DNA of 64,000 bases from Hyphomicrobiales bacterium (GTDB lineage: Bacteria; Pseudomonadota; Alphaproteobacteria; Rhizobiales; OSC116). The notes beneath the pieces are model-generated. The model did not search any database. It saw nothing but the letters and a program-made list of their open reading frames with translations, and was not told where the DNA came from. Shown piece by piece: positions 9,417-18,486 of the stretch (its first letter is position 1; every line of letters begins with the position of its first letter). The translations under genes and the position numbers were made by a program. The stretch lies in the NCBI GenBank assembly GCA_013214705.1, contig JABSRZ010000006.1, forward strand, positions 391-64,390, written 5' to 3'.

Positions 9417-10445
9417 ATGAATATAAAAAGCAGAACAAAATTAATAATGAGAGTGGCCGCAGCGGTTGTTACGGTTGCCAGCATTTATATATTCGCACCT
9501 TGGCAAGCTGGCATCTATTATTTTATGCCGCTGCCAGCAACGGTCCAACAACAAGTTGACGATGCGGTTAATCAAGGTTTGGATGGCATCATTGTTTATG
9601 TTCATAAAAAAGGCCAACAGGCCGAGTTTTATGCAAGCGGTTGGCATAATAGAGATAAAAAAATTCCTGCAAACCCAAAAGCGCTGTTTAAAATTGCTAG
9701 CATTGGCAAATTATATAATGCGGCGGCGGTCGCAAAACTTGTGGCAAATGGCACGCTTGTCCTTGATCAAACACTTGGGCATTATTTACCATCATTAGTG
9801 GGGCGTATTGAGCATGCTGATGAAATTACGTTGCGCATGTTGGTGCAGCATCGTAGTGGCATACCCAATTATACCGATCATAAAGATTTTGATTGGGGAC
9901 AGGCTTTGGGCGGCGATGATCGCTTAAATTTAATAATAGGCAGCGCGGCAGATTTTAAACCAAACAGTGATTATGAGTATTCCAATACTAATTATTTATT
10001 GTTAGGCAAAATAATGGATAAAGCCCTCGGCTATGATAAGGCACAATATTTTAAGCGTGAACTATTGGCTCCACTTGGCCTGATGCATACATTTTTCTCT
10101 ATAAATGATATTGAAATTGATGAACTTATGAGCGGCTATCATGTGGGGTATGACGAGGATTTTAAACAATTAGACCAGGGCTATATTGCCACTGCAGAAG
10201 ATGTCGGTATATTTCTCAGAGCCTTAATTGATGGCACATTATTTACCGATGAAGAGCAGGAAATATACTCGTCAATTTATGTATATGAGCATACTGGCTG
10301 GGTGCTTGGTAATTCAAGCCGAGCGCATTATCATAAAGATATTGATACAGTGGTGATTCAGTTTGTGAACACGACTGGTGATGATACGGTGGTGATGACA
10401 GAGGTTATTTACAACAGAATTGTTAGGCTATTAAGTGAACGCTAA
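9417..10445 (+). CDS. Membrane-anchored serine hydrolase, beta-lactamase/esterase fold
   Basis: N-terminal hydrophobic anchor, SxxK motif (ASIGKLY) and YSN motif (EYSNTNY). Confidence 0.8.
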   Translation: MNIKSRTKLIMRVAAAVVTVASIYIFAPWQAGIYYFMPLPATVQQQVDDAVNQGLDGIIVYVHKKGQQAEFYASGWHNRDKKIPANPKALFKIASIGKLYNAAAVAKLVANGTLVLDQTLGHYLPSLVGRIEHADEITLRMLVQHRSGIPNYTDHKDFDWGQALGGDDRLNLIIGSAADFKPNSDYEYSNTNYLLLGKIMDKALGYDKAQYFKRELLAPLGLMHTFFSINDIEIDELMSGYHVGYDEDFKQLDQGYIATAEDVGIFLRALIDGTLFTDEEQEIYSSIYVYEHTGWVLGNSSRAHYHKDIDTVVIQFVNTTGDDTVVMTEVIYNRIVRLLSER

Positions 10446-10525
10446 GCCCCCGTTTGGTGTTGTTGTTTAACAGATATTTCGACGCCAAATTTGCCCAACG
10501 CATCGCTAGAAATGTTTGTGCGTTA

Positions 10526-11254
10526 CTAGAAATGTCTGGGCGGTAAATCGCGAATTGGGGTGACTTCATCATCAAAAGGTACATATCGCCGCCGAAATGT
10601 TACGCCTTCGACATATTTGGGCTGGCTTATCCGATCCATTCGAAAATGACGGAAGTCTTTACGCGCAGGGTCCCATGCCACCAGATACCATAATGGCGGC
10701 AAGATCAGCATGGCTTGCGGTTCGACATGCCTGTTGGTTATAACGCCTTTTGCATCACGATACTGAAAACGCAGGTGCAGCCGCCCAAGAAACGCAGTCT
10801 CGAACGCGGGTAGCAGTTTAGAGTCCATGTCGCCCATATTTGATATGTCTACCTGCGGCGCTAGTTGCCCGACATATAAACAATCCAGAAAACGGCGCAG
10901 GTCACGCACTTTTTCTGATGGCAAGGCTTGCTCAATTTTGGCAAGCCCAGCATCTGCTAGGCCTGAAAAGGGTAGATTTCCGGCGGCGCGCATGGCCGCA
11001 ACACTGATGAGCAGCGCAAAGACTTCAGCTACTGAAAGCCGGGCTGTGGTCTGAACCGATTGCGGGTCAAGCTGTAGGCCACCGCCAGGGCCGGGTTCTG
11101 AATGAATGACAAAGCCTTCGTCGCGTAGCGCGCTAATGTCGCGTAACACTGTCCGTCTGGAAGCGCCAACTTCTGCCGCTATGTCGGCTATTGTCGAAGT
11201 GCCGTTGCGGCGCAGATGGCGCACAATGGCGTTATGGCGGAGGCGAATGTTCAT
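10526..11254 (-). CDS. YafY-type transcriptional regulator (HTH plus WYL domain)
   Basis: N-terminal HTH STIADIAAEVGASRRTVLRDISALRDEG. C-terminal PPLWYLVAWD WYL-type motif. Confidence 0.75.
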   Translation of the reverse strand: MNIRLRHNAIVRHLRRNGTSTIADIAAEVGASRRTVLRDISALRDEGFVIHSEPGPGGGLQLDPQSVQTTARLSVAEVFALLISVAAMRAAGNLPFSGLADAGLAKIEQALPSEKVRDLRRFLDCLYVGQLAPQVDISNMGDMDSKLLPAFETAFLGRLHLRFQYRDAKGVITNRHVEPQAMLILPPLWYLVAWDPARKDFRHFRMDRISQPKYVEGVTFRRRYVPFDDEVTPIRDLPPRHF

Positions 11255-11433
11255 TTATTAGAGTTACCATTTAATGGTGACAATATTTGGCACCATTAGG
11301 TTATAGACACTGGATTAGATGTCAGCAAGCAGATTTTGAATGCCTGCACATCCGAAACATTTGGGCTGCTAGGAGCGCCATTTTAAACAATTGGCAGCAT
11401 CTGAACCGCCCACAAAAATAAAAAGGAACTATA

Positions 11434-12378
11434 ATGATTAACCTAATTGATTTTCCCGAGGCCACTCTTATTGCCGTCAACGGTGTCGAACTCGAAGTTT
11501 TCGAAGCCGGCCAGCAAAATACCGGAAACCCGATTGTGCTTTGTCATGGCTGGCCAGAGCATGCTTTTACGTGGCGCCATCAGGTGCCAGCTCTGGTTGC
11601 TGCGGGCTATCATGTTATCGTGCCAAACCAGCGCGGTTATGGCAATTCATCGTGCCCAAGTCGGGTGACAGATTATGACATTGAACACCTGGCGGGTGAT
11701 CTCATCTCTCTGCTAGATCATTACGGGTACGAAAAAGCCACTTTTGTTGGCCATGATTGGGGCGCGGCGGTTGTTTGGGGGCTGACTTTATTGCACCCTG
11801 AGCGGGTAGATAAAGTGATAAATCTAGCCTTGCCTTACCAAGAGCGTGGAGACATTCCGTGGATAGAGATGATGGATGCCATATTTGGTGCTGACTTTTA
11901 TTTCGTTCACTTTAACCGACAGCCTGGTGTTGCGGACGCGGTGTTAGACGAAAATGCTGCCCAATTCCTTGGCAATATATTCCGCAAGAATGTACCCCTC
12001 GACCCGCCAGAGCCTGGCATGATGATGATTAACCTCGCCCAAACCGAAAAACCCCTTGGTGAGCCGATAATGAGTGATGGCGAACTGGATGTATTTGCCT
12101 CTGCGTTCGAAAAAACTGGGTTCACCGGCAGCATAAATTGGTACCGAAACCTTGACCGAAACTGGCATATATTGGGCGGTGTGAACCCAATTATCCAACA
12201 GCCGACGCTGATGATTCATGGCGATAAAGATATGATACCGAAGTTTGAAAAACTAACCGAGTTTGTGCCCAATGCAGAAGTGGTCAGTTTGGATTGTGGT
12301 CATTGGATTCAGCAAGAAAAGCCGGAAGAAACCAATCTGGTCATTTTACAATGGCTAGAGAAGCAGGCTGCCGTTTAG
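11434..12378 (+). CDS. Alpha/beta hydrolase, epoxide hydrolase / haloalkane dehalogenase-like
   Basis: HGWPE oxyanion motif, Asp-nucleophile elbow VGHDWGAAV, C-terminal catalytic His in CGHWIQQEKPEE. Confidence 0.85.
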   Translation: MINLIDFPEATLIAVNGVELEVFEAGQQNTGNPIVLCHGWPEHAFTWRHQVPALVAAGYHVIVPNQRGYGNSSCPSRVTDYDIEHLAGDLISLLDHYGYEKATFVGHDWGAAVVWGLTLLHPERVDKVINLALPYQERGDIPWIEMMDAIFGADFYFVHFNRQPGVADAVLDENAAQFLGNIFRKNVPLDPPEPGMMMINLAQTEKPLGEPIMSDGELDVFASAFEKTGFTGSINWYRNLDRNWHILGGVNPIIQQPTLMIHGDKDMIPKFEKLTEFVPNAEVVSLDCGHWIQQEKPEETNLVILQWLEKQAAV

Positions 12379-12478
12379 CCGCAACAACGCCAAAATTAGG
12401 CCTGCCCTTGGACTTGATCGGAGGGTAGGTTGAGTGTTGTGGGCTTTGCTTACGCATTTATGGGTACCAAACAACAAA

Positions 12479-13390
12479 TCATTCTGTCAAAAAATCGACT
12501 AAACGTTTGGTTAAACTATCTTTTGGGGCGTTGGGTGGCCAGACCAAATGCACCGGCACTTCGCGCAATTTCCAATGAGGCAAAATTTCCACTAACTCGC
12601 CTTTTGCCACCGGGTCAGCATATAGAAACTCCGGTGGGCTAACGATGCCAAGGCCTTGCTCGGCAAAATGTTGCGCTGCTGCAATGTCATCAACTGTTAT
12701 ACGCGGTTTATAATCTAGTTTAAAAACTTTACTATATTCATCATTTTCACCCTTTTTGCCATTTCCGCCAAGAAACAACTTATTAAATGGCCGTTGGGAA
12801 ATGCCGATAAAATCCCAAGTCGCCAAATCGTTGGGATGCCGTAAATCGGTTATTTTCAACTGATTATTTTCAATATATTTGGGCGACACAAGTAATTTCA
12901 GCGACAGGCTATGCAATTTTTTTGACATCAATACGCTATCAGGAAAATCACCGGCTCTAATTGCCAAATCAATGCCTTCATCAATCAGGTTCAGCGGCAA
13001 ATCATCAAACTTTATGTCAAAATCTACCCGTGGGTGATCAATTGAAAATTTTGCAAGTTTGGCCAATATAGGATTTTTAGAATAAACCGCAGGCATGGCA
13101 ATTTTTAACGACCCAATTAACTGAGTGTGCTCTCTAGCAATCTGATCGACCCCGAATTCGGCCGCGCTCAACATCTTTTTAGCCGAAATATACAGCGTTT
13201 CGCCATCATGGGTTAAAGCCAGTTTACGGGTGGAGCGGTATAGTAAAGCCACACCAAGCTGTTGCTCCAATTTCGCCAAATGATGGCTCACCACTGATGG
13301 CGTTAATTTGAGGGCTTTTGCGGCTTCGCGGAAGCTGCCACGGTCGACAATTGTGGCAAATATCGCCATGGCCTTTAGATTGTTTATCAT
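12479..13390 (-). CDS. LysR-family transcriptional regulator
   Basis: N-terminal LysR HTH (FATIVDRGSFREAAKALKLTPSVVSHHLAKLEQQLG) plus substrate-binding domain. Divergent from the LysE exporter gene. Confidence 0.9.
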   Translation of the reverse strand: MINNLKAMAIFATIVDRGSFREAAKALKLTPSVVSHHLAKLEQQLGVALLYRSTRKLALTHDGETLYISAKKMLSAAEFGVDQIAREHTQLIGSLKIAMPAVYSKNPILAKLAKFSIDHPRVDFDIKFDDLPLNLIDEGIDLAIRAGDFPDSVLMSKKLHSLSLKLLVSPKYIENNQLKITDLRHPNDLATWDFIGISQRPFNKLFLGGNGKKGENDEYSKVFKLDYKPRITVDDIAAAQHFAEQGLGIVSPPEFLYADPVAKGELVEILPHWKLREVPVHLVWPPNAPKDSLTKRLVDFLTE

Positions 13391-13481
13391 TATATTGGAC
13401 TATTTGTCATTGTATCAAAATTTCGAACTATTAATTACATTTATACTATATTTTAGTTTTACAAAATTTCAACTATCCTTT

Positions 13482-14102
13482 ATGAAATTGATTTTAGGAA
13501 TATCTATGACATTATTCATCGCCATGACAATTTTTGTTTTTAGCATGTCCGCATCACCGGGGATGGTTAACATTATCATCCTGTCATCGGGGTTAAACCA
13601 TGGGTTTAAAAAAACACTGCCATTCGTATCAGGGGCGAGTTTCGGCTTTATTGGCTTGTTTTTATTGGTCAGTTTAGGCCTTAACCAAATGGACCTGCAA
13701 AACCTGCTAATTATCAGAATATTTGGCCTTTGCGGCGCCGCATATTTGCTTTATCTGGGCTTTAAAATGGCAAGCTCCAACCAAGACTTAAAAACCAAGC
13801 AGCAAAACCGCCCAACCTTTATGCAAGCCGTGTGGCTACAATGGTTAAACCCAAAAGCTTGGGGCGCGAGCCTAGCGGCTGTTTCGGCATTTGGCCTAAT
13901 TGGTTCAACCCAATTAACTTTAGCTTTCGCAGCGCTTTATTTTGTGGCTTGTTACGCTTCGTTGACACTTTGGGCATTTGTTGGCCATAAGCTGAGCCAT
14001 ATTTTGCAATCTGCAAGCCATATGCGAATTTTCAATTTAACTATGGGCACATCGCTTATTATCATTGCTGTTTATTTGGGCTATCAACTGTCATTCAATT
14101 AA
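13482..14102 (+). CDS. LysE/RhtB-family amino-acid exporter
   Basis: Six-TM small exporter pattern (SASPGMVNIIILSSG). ATG at 13482, or 13503. The ORF-track start 13308 overlaps the LysR gene and is rejected. Confidence 0.75.
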   Translation: MKLILGISMTLFIAMTIFVFSMSASPGMVNIIILSSGLNHGFKKTLPFVSGASFGFIGLFLLVSLGLNQMDLQNLLIIRIFGLCGAAYLLYLGFKMASSNQDLKTKQQNRPTFMQAVWLQWLNPKAWGASLAAVSAFGLIGSTQLTLAFAALYFVACYASLTLWAFVGHKLSHILQSASHMRIFNLTMGTSLIIIAVYLGYQLSFN

Positions 14103-14228
14103 GTGGTCATTATTCCTATGAAAAACAGGCTTGCGGAGCCCAGAGAAGCCGCAGGAGTGAAGGGAATCCGCAGGAGTGAAAGGAAACAGAAGGCGTTTCG
14201 ACCTCGGCGGTCAGCCAATTTGGTGGTT

Positions 14229-14261
14229 CGCCAATGTTGCGCCAATGTTGCGCCAATGTTG
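14229..14261. repeat. Tandem 11-mer (CGCCAATGTTG x3) inside a 9-bp-stem hairpin (14225-14276)
   Basis: Three exact copies read directly. Flanked by GGTTCGCCA (14225-14233) and its reverse complement TGGCGAACC (14268-14276). A 19-nt near-repeat CCGCAGGAGTGAA(G/A)GGAA(T/A) x2 lies at 14149-14186. Confidence 0.85.
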
Positions 14262-14285
14262 TGCCGATGGCGAACCAGGTTCAGA

Positions 14286-14555
14286 TCATTTTTCCTTAAG
14301 GGGAAAGGACAAACAAATGACAAACATGGCTGCGGTGCCAAAAGTGCCAGCAAGAAAAGCCAGAGTTGAATTCAAATATTGAGCAAAATACAACGCTGCT
14401 AAAAAAGGAACAAGGCAAAGAATGGCTGTGTAAGAAATTCCTATCTTTTTGCCGCAAGTCTGACAGATGCCGGGAGCACCTGGCGACAGAATCAAGCGGC
14501 GAAATAGGCTCATGCCTTTTCCACCACAGCTGGGACAAACGAGTGTATTTTCCAT
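14286..14555 (-). CDS. Small zinc-ribbon membrane protein (hypothetical)
   Basis: CPSCGGKG .. CQTCGKK paired CxxC motifs followed by two hydrophobic helices. 89 aa; coding status not certain. Confidence 0.4.
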   Translation of the reverse strand: MENTLVCPSCGGKGMSLFRRLILSPGAPGICQTCGKKIGISYTAILCLVPFLAALYFAQYLNSTLAFLAGTFGTAAMFVICLSFPLKEK

Positions 14556-14780
14556 AACAACCCCTTATGTTAGTTTCTTTTGAACAGCGCCGGTTTCTTC
14601 GGGTGACCATCCGGTGACGTTCATCAGGCCTGACGGATAAATTTCTGGTTACGCTCAGCTTTGGTAAGCGCCCATATGGTCACCCTCCAAAAGTAGCACC
14701 ATGGTAAAAACTCGTCAACTGCAAGCTGCCTGCTGGTCATTCACCCATCTAAAATTCCTTGGGTGCGGCTGGTTATTATT

Positions 14781-15302
14781 CTACTGTCTATTTTTAATTC
14801 TGCTGAGCCCAACGGGGGTGATGCCAAGATATTTTGCAATGTCATTCTGGGTTACCATTTCAAGTAAATCTGGTTTGTCATTCACCAGTAAGCGATATCT
14901 ATCCTCGGCCGACAAACAAAGAAGTTCATATTCTCTTTGCTCTTTTTTCATGGCAAAAATCGTTAAAAATTCAACCATTTTATTGGCAATTTGTTGGTTT
15001 GTACTGCTATCGATTACCAGCTTAGCAAAAGAAAACTTAATGACTTTACAGTCAGACAGACATTTTAAGCTAAAGCTGCATTTTTTGCCCAAATATGCGG
15101 AGGTTAAACTGCCAATAATATCATTCGGCATTATGAATGACTTGATGGTCTCTTTGCCGTCCGCATTATTATAATAAGCTTTTAGCGTCCCTTCTTTTAT
15201 AAAGTGTAAAAACTCATTTTCATCGCCCTGCCTAAATAGATGGGTGCCTTTTTCCAAAATGATCTCGTTGCCAACTTGTTTTATATATTCAAAAAAATCC
15301 AT
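14781..15302 (-). CDS. Crp/Fnr-family cyclic-nucleotide-binding regulator (short form)
   Basis: cNMP-binding beta-barrel pattern (FRQGDENEFLHFIKEGTLKAY) and C-terminal HTH (TQNDIAKYLGITPVGLSRIKNR). Confidence 0.7.
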   Translation of the reverse strand: MDFFEYIKQVGNEIILEKGTHLFRQGDENEFLHFIKEGTLKAYYNNADGKETIKSFIMPNDIIGSLTSAYLGKKCSFSLKCLSDCKVIKFSFAKLVIDSSTNQQIANKMVEFLTIFAMKKEQREYELLCLSAEDRYRLLVNDKPDLLEMVTQNDIAKYLGITPVGLSRIKNRQ

Positions 15303-15371
15303 ATTTTTAACCTGGGTTAATGATCGATCACAACAAATTGCCTATTCAATATCCAAACTAACATAAAGGAT

Positions 15372-16109
15372 ATGAAATTGCATATTACAAATAAATCAAT
15401 TGTTATCACTGGGGGGACTTCGGGAATTGGCTATCAAATGGTACGCCAATTATACAACGAAAATTCACTTATTGTCATTTCTAGAAGTTCCGAAAAACTT
15501 GAAGCCCTCAAAAATGAATTGCCTAATATTGCAATTTTCCAAGCTGATTTATCAAACATATCTGAGCTCGAAACATTGGTCGATGATATAATCAAAAAAC
15601 ACAATTCTATCGACATTCTCGTTAATAATGTCGCAGTTCAATATACCCCATATTTAACTGATGACGATTTCGATTATGCTTCAATCTCAACTGAGATTAA
15701 CTTGAATTTCACCAGCATATGCAGCCTATGTTATTTGTTTTTACCAGCATTAATTAAAGACAGCCGCTCAGCAATCATAAATATTAATTCAGGTCTCGGG
15801 CTTGCCCCTAAAACCTCATCGGCAGTTTATTGCGCCACCAAAGCCGGGCTAAACAGCTTTTCTAAATCTCTTAGATATCAGCTAGAAAATACCAATATCA
15901 AAGTTTACCAACCGTTCTTAGACCTGGTTGATACCGGAATGACCGAAGGCCGAGGTAAAAATAAAATGACCTCAAAACAAGCCGCGGCCGACATTTTATC
16001 TGGCGTAAACCTAGATAAATTTGACCATTTTATTGGCAAAGTAAAATGGCTCAAACTCCTACTGCGCGCCACGCCTTCAATTGCCGCTAGAATTTTGAAA
16101 AAAAACTAA
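15372..16109 (+). CDS. Short-chain dehydrogenase/reductase
   Basis: TGGTSGIGYQ cofactor motif and catalytic YCATK. Confidence 0.85.
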   Translation: MKLHITNKSIVITGGTSGIGYQMVRQLYNENSLIVISRSSEKLEALKNELPNIAIFQADLSNISELETLVDDIIKKHNSIDILVNNVAVQYTPYLTDDDFDYASISTEINLNFTSICSLCYLFLPALIKDSRSAIININSGLGLAPKTSSAVYCATKAGLNSFSKSLRYQLENTNIKVYQPFLDLVDTGMTEGRGKNKMTSKQAAADILSGVNLDKFDHFIGKVKWLKLLLRATPSIAARILKKN

Positions 16110-16161
16110 CGCTCATAACAAGACCAATATCTAAAAACATAACATTTATAAAGGTCGCAAT

Positions 16162-16653
16162 ATGCAAATGCCTTTTCTGAGTAATGCACTTGAAATCACC
16201 GATTTGTACAGTGTCTTCATGATGACACTTGTTGAAAAATTCATCCCGATACTGCCATCATATGTCATGCTGCCAGCCATTGGCATGAGCGCAACTAGTA
16301 TTTATGACCTCACATTTCGTTGGCTTCTGGCAACTTTAGGCTCAATATGTGGGGCATTGGGGTGGTATATGCTTGGGTATATTATGGGTCCAGAGCGAAC
16401 TAGAAATCTTGTCCGGAACTATGGAAAGTGGTTATTTCTAAAAGTAGAACTATATGACAAAATTGCCTTATCATACCAGCGAAAATCTTTTTTTATCACG
16501 AGTGCTGGGCAATTATTACCAGTGGTTCGAACCTATCAGGCGCTCCCGGCTGGTGTATTAAAGTTACCAATATTTGCTTTTCTTGCCGCAACTGCTGTCG
16601 GCGCGCAGGTTTGGATTATAGCCCTTACGAGTGTTGGTTATTTTTTGAATTAA
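16162..16653 (+). CDS. DedA/VTT-domain membrane protein
   Basis: LVEKFIPILPSYVMLPAIG motif and 4 hydrophobic segments. 163 aa. Confidence 0.7.
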   Translation: MQMPFLSNALEITDLYSVFMMTLVEKFIPILPSYVMLPAIGMSATSIYDLTFRWLLATLGSICGALGWYMLGYIMGPERTRNLVRNYGKWLFLKVELYDKIALSYQRKSFFITSAGQLLPVVRTYQALPAGVLKLPIFAFLAATAVGAQVWIIALTSVGYFLN

Positions 16654-16933
16654 ACACACTAAATTAAACAAACTAAATTAAATACAATTTCAATTCAGAT
16701 CTTGTATTACTGTTTGGCAATAATAATCTTTAACTAAACATCTAGTCATTGCAGCCAAAATTAGTTGAGTTATATTTATGAGTATGGCTATTGCTAAGAC
16801 CGCTTCTTTTAGTTTAGTCGTTACCATTTACCTGCTTAATGGGTCTTGAAATTCAGGTGAAATTGCTGATTAGATAAACAAAGTTATTGCCGATAAATTT
16901 TGTTACATTGAAAACAGTGCTAACGAAAAATGT

Positions 16934-17410
16934 ATGGAAACGAATGATCAAACTTCGCGTTTCACGACAGATTTATATTTAGTTCTCAAAAACTCCCTGC
17001 CTACAATATTGAAATCATTTTCGAAATTGAACCAAATTTATTTGGTTAAAGATTTTGCACTTGCCGATACTGCCGCATATTTTAGCAGATTAACTGAAAG
17101 CATATATTTTCCAGAAGCTAGTTTTGTAAATGCCATAAGACACCATGACGAAGAAATATTTTTCATCAGTTATGCGGATCTCTCAGATTATATGACGGTA
17201 GACCTATCATTTATCAGTAATGATAATTTGCCAAGAAAATTCAGTTATTCTTTTGCGACAACCCTTTATCATGAACTTGCACATTTTATAGAATATTCAA
17301 CGCTTTCAGTGCCAACATTTGGTTGTTTGGATGTTAATATTTTCTCAAAAATCATATTATATGAAATGGACTTTAGCGAGGGAAGAAGTTGTGATCGAAA
17401 TATCTATTGA
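16934..17410 (+). CDS. Hypothetical protein with HExxH motif (possible small metallopeptidase, possibly 5' part of a split gene)
   Basis: LYHELAHFIEY near the C-terminus. AT-rich. I recognise no other family signature. Confidence 0.4.
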   Translation: METNDQTSRFTTDLYLVLKNSLPTILKSFSKLNQIYLVKDFALADTAAYFSRLTESIYFPEASFVNAIRHHDEEIFFISYADLSDYMTVDLSFISNDNLPRKFSYSFATTLYHELAHFIEYSTLSVPTFGCLDVNIFSKIILYEMDFSEGRSCDRNIY

Positions 17411-17607
17411 CGGGGACTTTAGAGGCAAATTTCACCATTAAAAAGGCAAATAAGTTGCGGTTTGATTTAAAGCAAAGAATGTCTCATGAAAACATGCAGG
17501 CCAAAATTAATATTGTAAAAGGTATGTTGAAAATAAATGACATGATTTTTGATGATTTAGAGCTGTTAGAACTAAACCGGCTTACCTGCTCTGGAATTTT
17601 TGATTAG
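17407..17607 (+). CDS. Small hypothetical ORF overlapping the previous stop (TTG start); may be the displaced 3' part of the HExxH gene
   Basis: 4-nt overlap with 16934-17410 and no ATG at the start. Only positional evidence. Confidence 0.2.
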   Translation: MTGTLEANFTIKKANKLRFDLKQRMSHENMQAKINIVKGMLKINDMIFDDLELLELNRLTCSGIFD

Positions 17608-18198
17608 TTAGTGGCTGAACAGCTTATTTAAATCGCCGGGGTCAATCTTACCATTTTCGTCAATCTCTAAAAAATAGGGCAATTGCCAACGTTGAGCTTT
17701 TTTGCCCGATTCTGAAAAAACCTTTGTGCCCACATCACCTCTATCTTGGCTCCATGGCGGGAAAACGCGAAATCCGGTTTTTCCTTTATTTTTTCCTGAA
17801 GAAACAATTCCCTTTTCAACCAATAGCGTAATAGGAAAAATGAACATTCCATGCTTGGGTTTATTTATCGAACCTTCGTTACTTGCGGCTTTTGAATGCT
17901 GTTGCACTTGTACAAACAAATAGTCGAGCTCATCAGATTTCAATGGGATAGGTTTGTCAACGTTGGTGGCTGTTATAGCTGGGCGCCGCCAAACCGCTAA
18001 AAAGGCCCCCGGCCTATCTGGTGTCACTTTGCCTTTGCGAAAGATAATATTCTGACCATTTAGATCAAAAACCAATGCTGCATATTTTGAGCTTTCTGGG
18101 ACGGGGTCTAATTCAATATTTTTAGTAAATTTGTAGTCGGCAGGGATAAATTCTCTAATGAGAAGAGTTTCTAATTCGCAGCTATAGTTATTTTTCAA
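17608..18198 (-). CDS. MepB-family protein
   Basis: RPGAFLAVWRR .. GMFIFPITLLVEKGIVSS .. GKTGFRVFPPW .. AQRWQLPYF follows the MepB family pattern I recall. TTG start. Its stop abuts the convergent ORF with zero spacing. Confidence 0.65.
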   Translation of the reverse strand: MKNNYSCELETLLIREFIPADYKFTKNIELDPVPESSKYAALVFDLNGQNIIFRKGKVTPDRPGAFLAVWRRPAITATNVDKPIPLKSDELDYLFVQVQQHSKAASNEGSINKPKHGMFIFPITLLVEKGIVSSGKNKGKTGFRVFPPWSQDRGDVGTKVFSESGKKAQRWQLPYFLEIDENGKIDPGDLNKLFSH

Positions 18199-18486
18199 AA
18201 CAAAATACTCTCATTTTTTTGAACGCAGATTAACCGGCCATGGCGCACCCATAATTGACGCCGCCCGTCAAGCCATTAGAGCGACCATCAAAAGGGATTT
18301 TTGAGTTATTTAATTGATTATTCGAACCTAAAATATTGAAACAGAAAAGGCTCTAATAGACACTAACCAATATCCATTTCCTCTGCATCTGGCGTGATAC
18401 CAGCCATTATTTTACGATAGCTCAAATGTGTAGCGATGGAAAGATTGCATCCTTTCATTTTAGTCATTCTTATTTTATGGTCTCGA

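Noticed and set aside
13308-13481. Upstream extensions of several genes in the ORF track (13308, 7268, 37799, 39973, 51075, 28387, 33875, 63154, 57215).
   Set aside because: Each extension overlaps the preceding gene or lacks family similarity. Internal ATG/GTG starts give stop/start overlaps or good Shine-Dalgarno spacing.
14099-14610. Cluster of mutually overlapping 63-104-aa ORFs on both strands (14099-14353, 14103-14369, 14176-14382, 14296-14610, 14366-14557).
   Set aside because: They traverse the tandem-repeat spacer or overlap the better-supported zinc-ribbon ORF. Their translations are Arg/Cys-rich and repeat-driven.
16778-16849. 23-codon hydrophobic ORF (MSMAIAKTASFSLVVTIYLLNGS) in the 280-bp spacer before the HExxH gene, considered as a type I toxin-like peptide.
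   Set aside because: There is no recognisable RBS, antisense RNA signature or repeat context. Such ORFs arise by chance in AT-rich DNA.
18230-18346. GC-rich patch whose minus strand encodes ..IPFDGRSNGLTGGVNYGCAMAG*, a glycine-rich, bacteriocin-like tail.
   Set aside because: The frame has no plausible start codon (a stop lies 38 codons upstream, with no ATG/GTG). It is probably a gene remnant, and there is not enough to call it a peptide gene.
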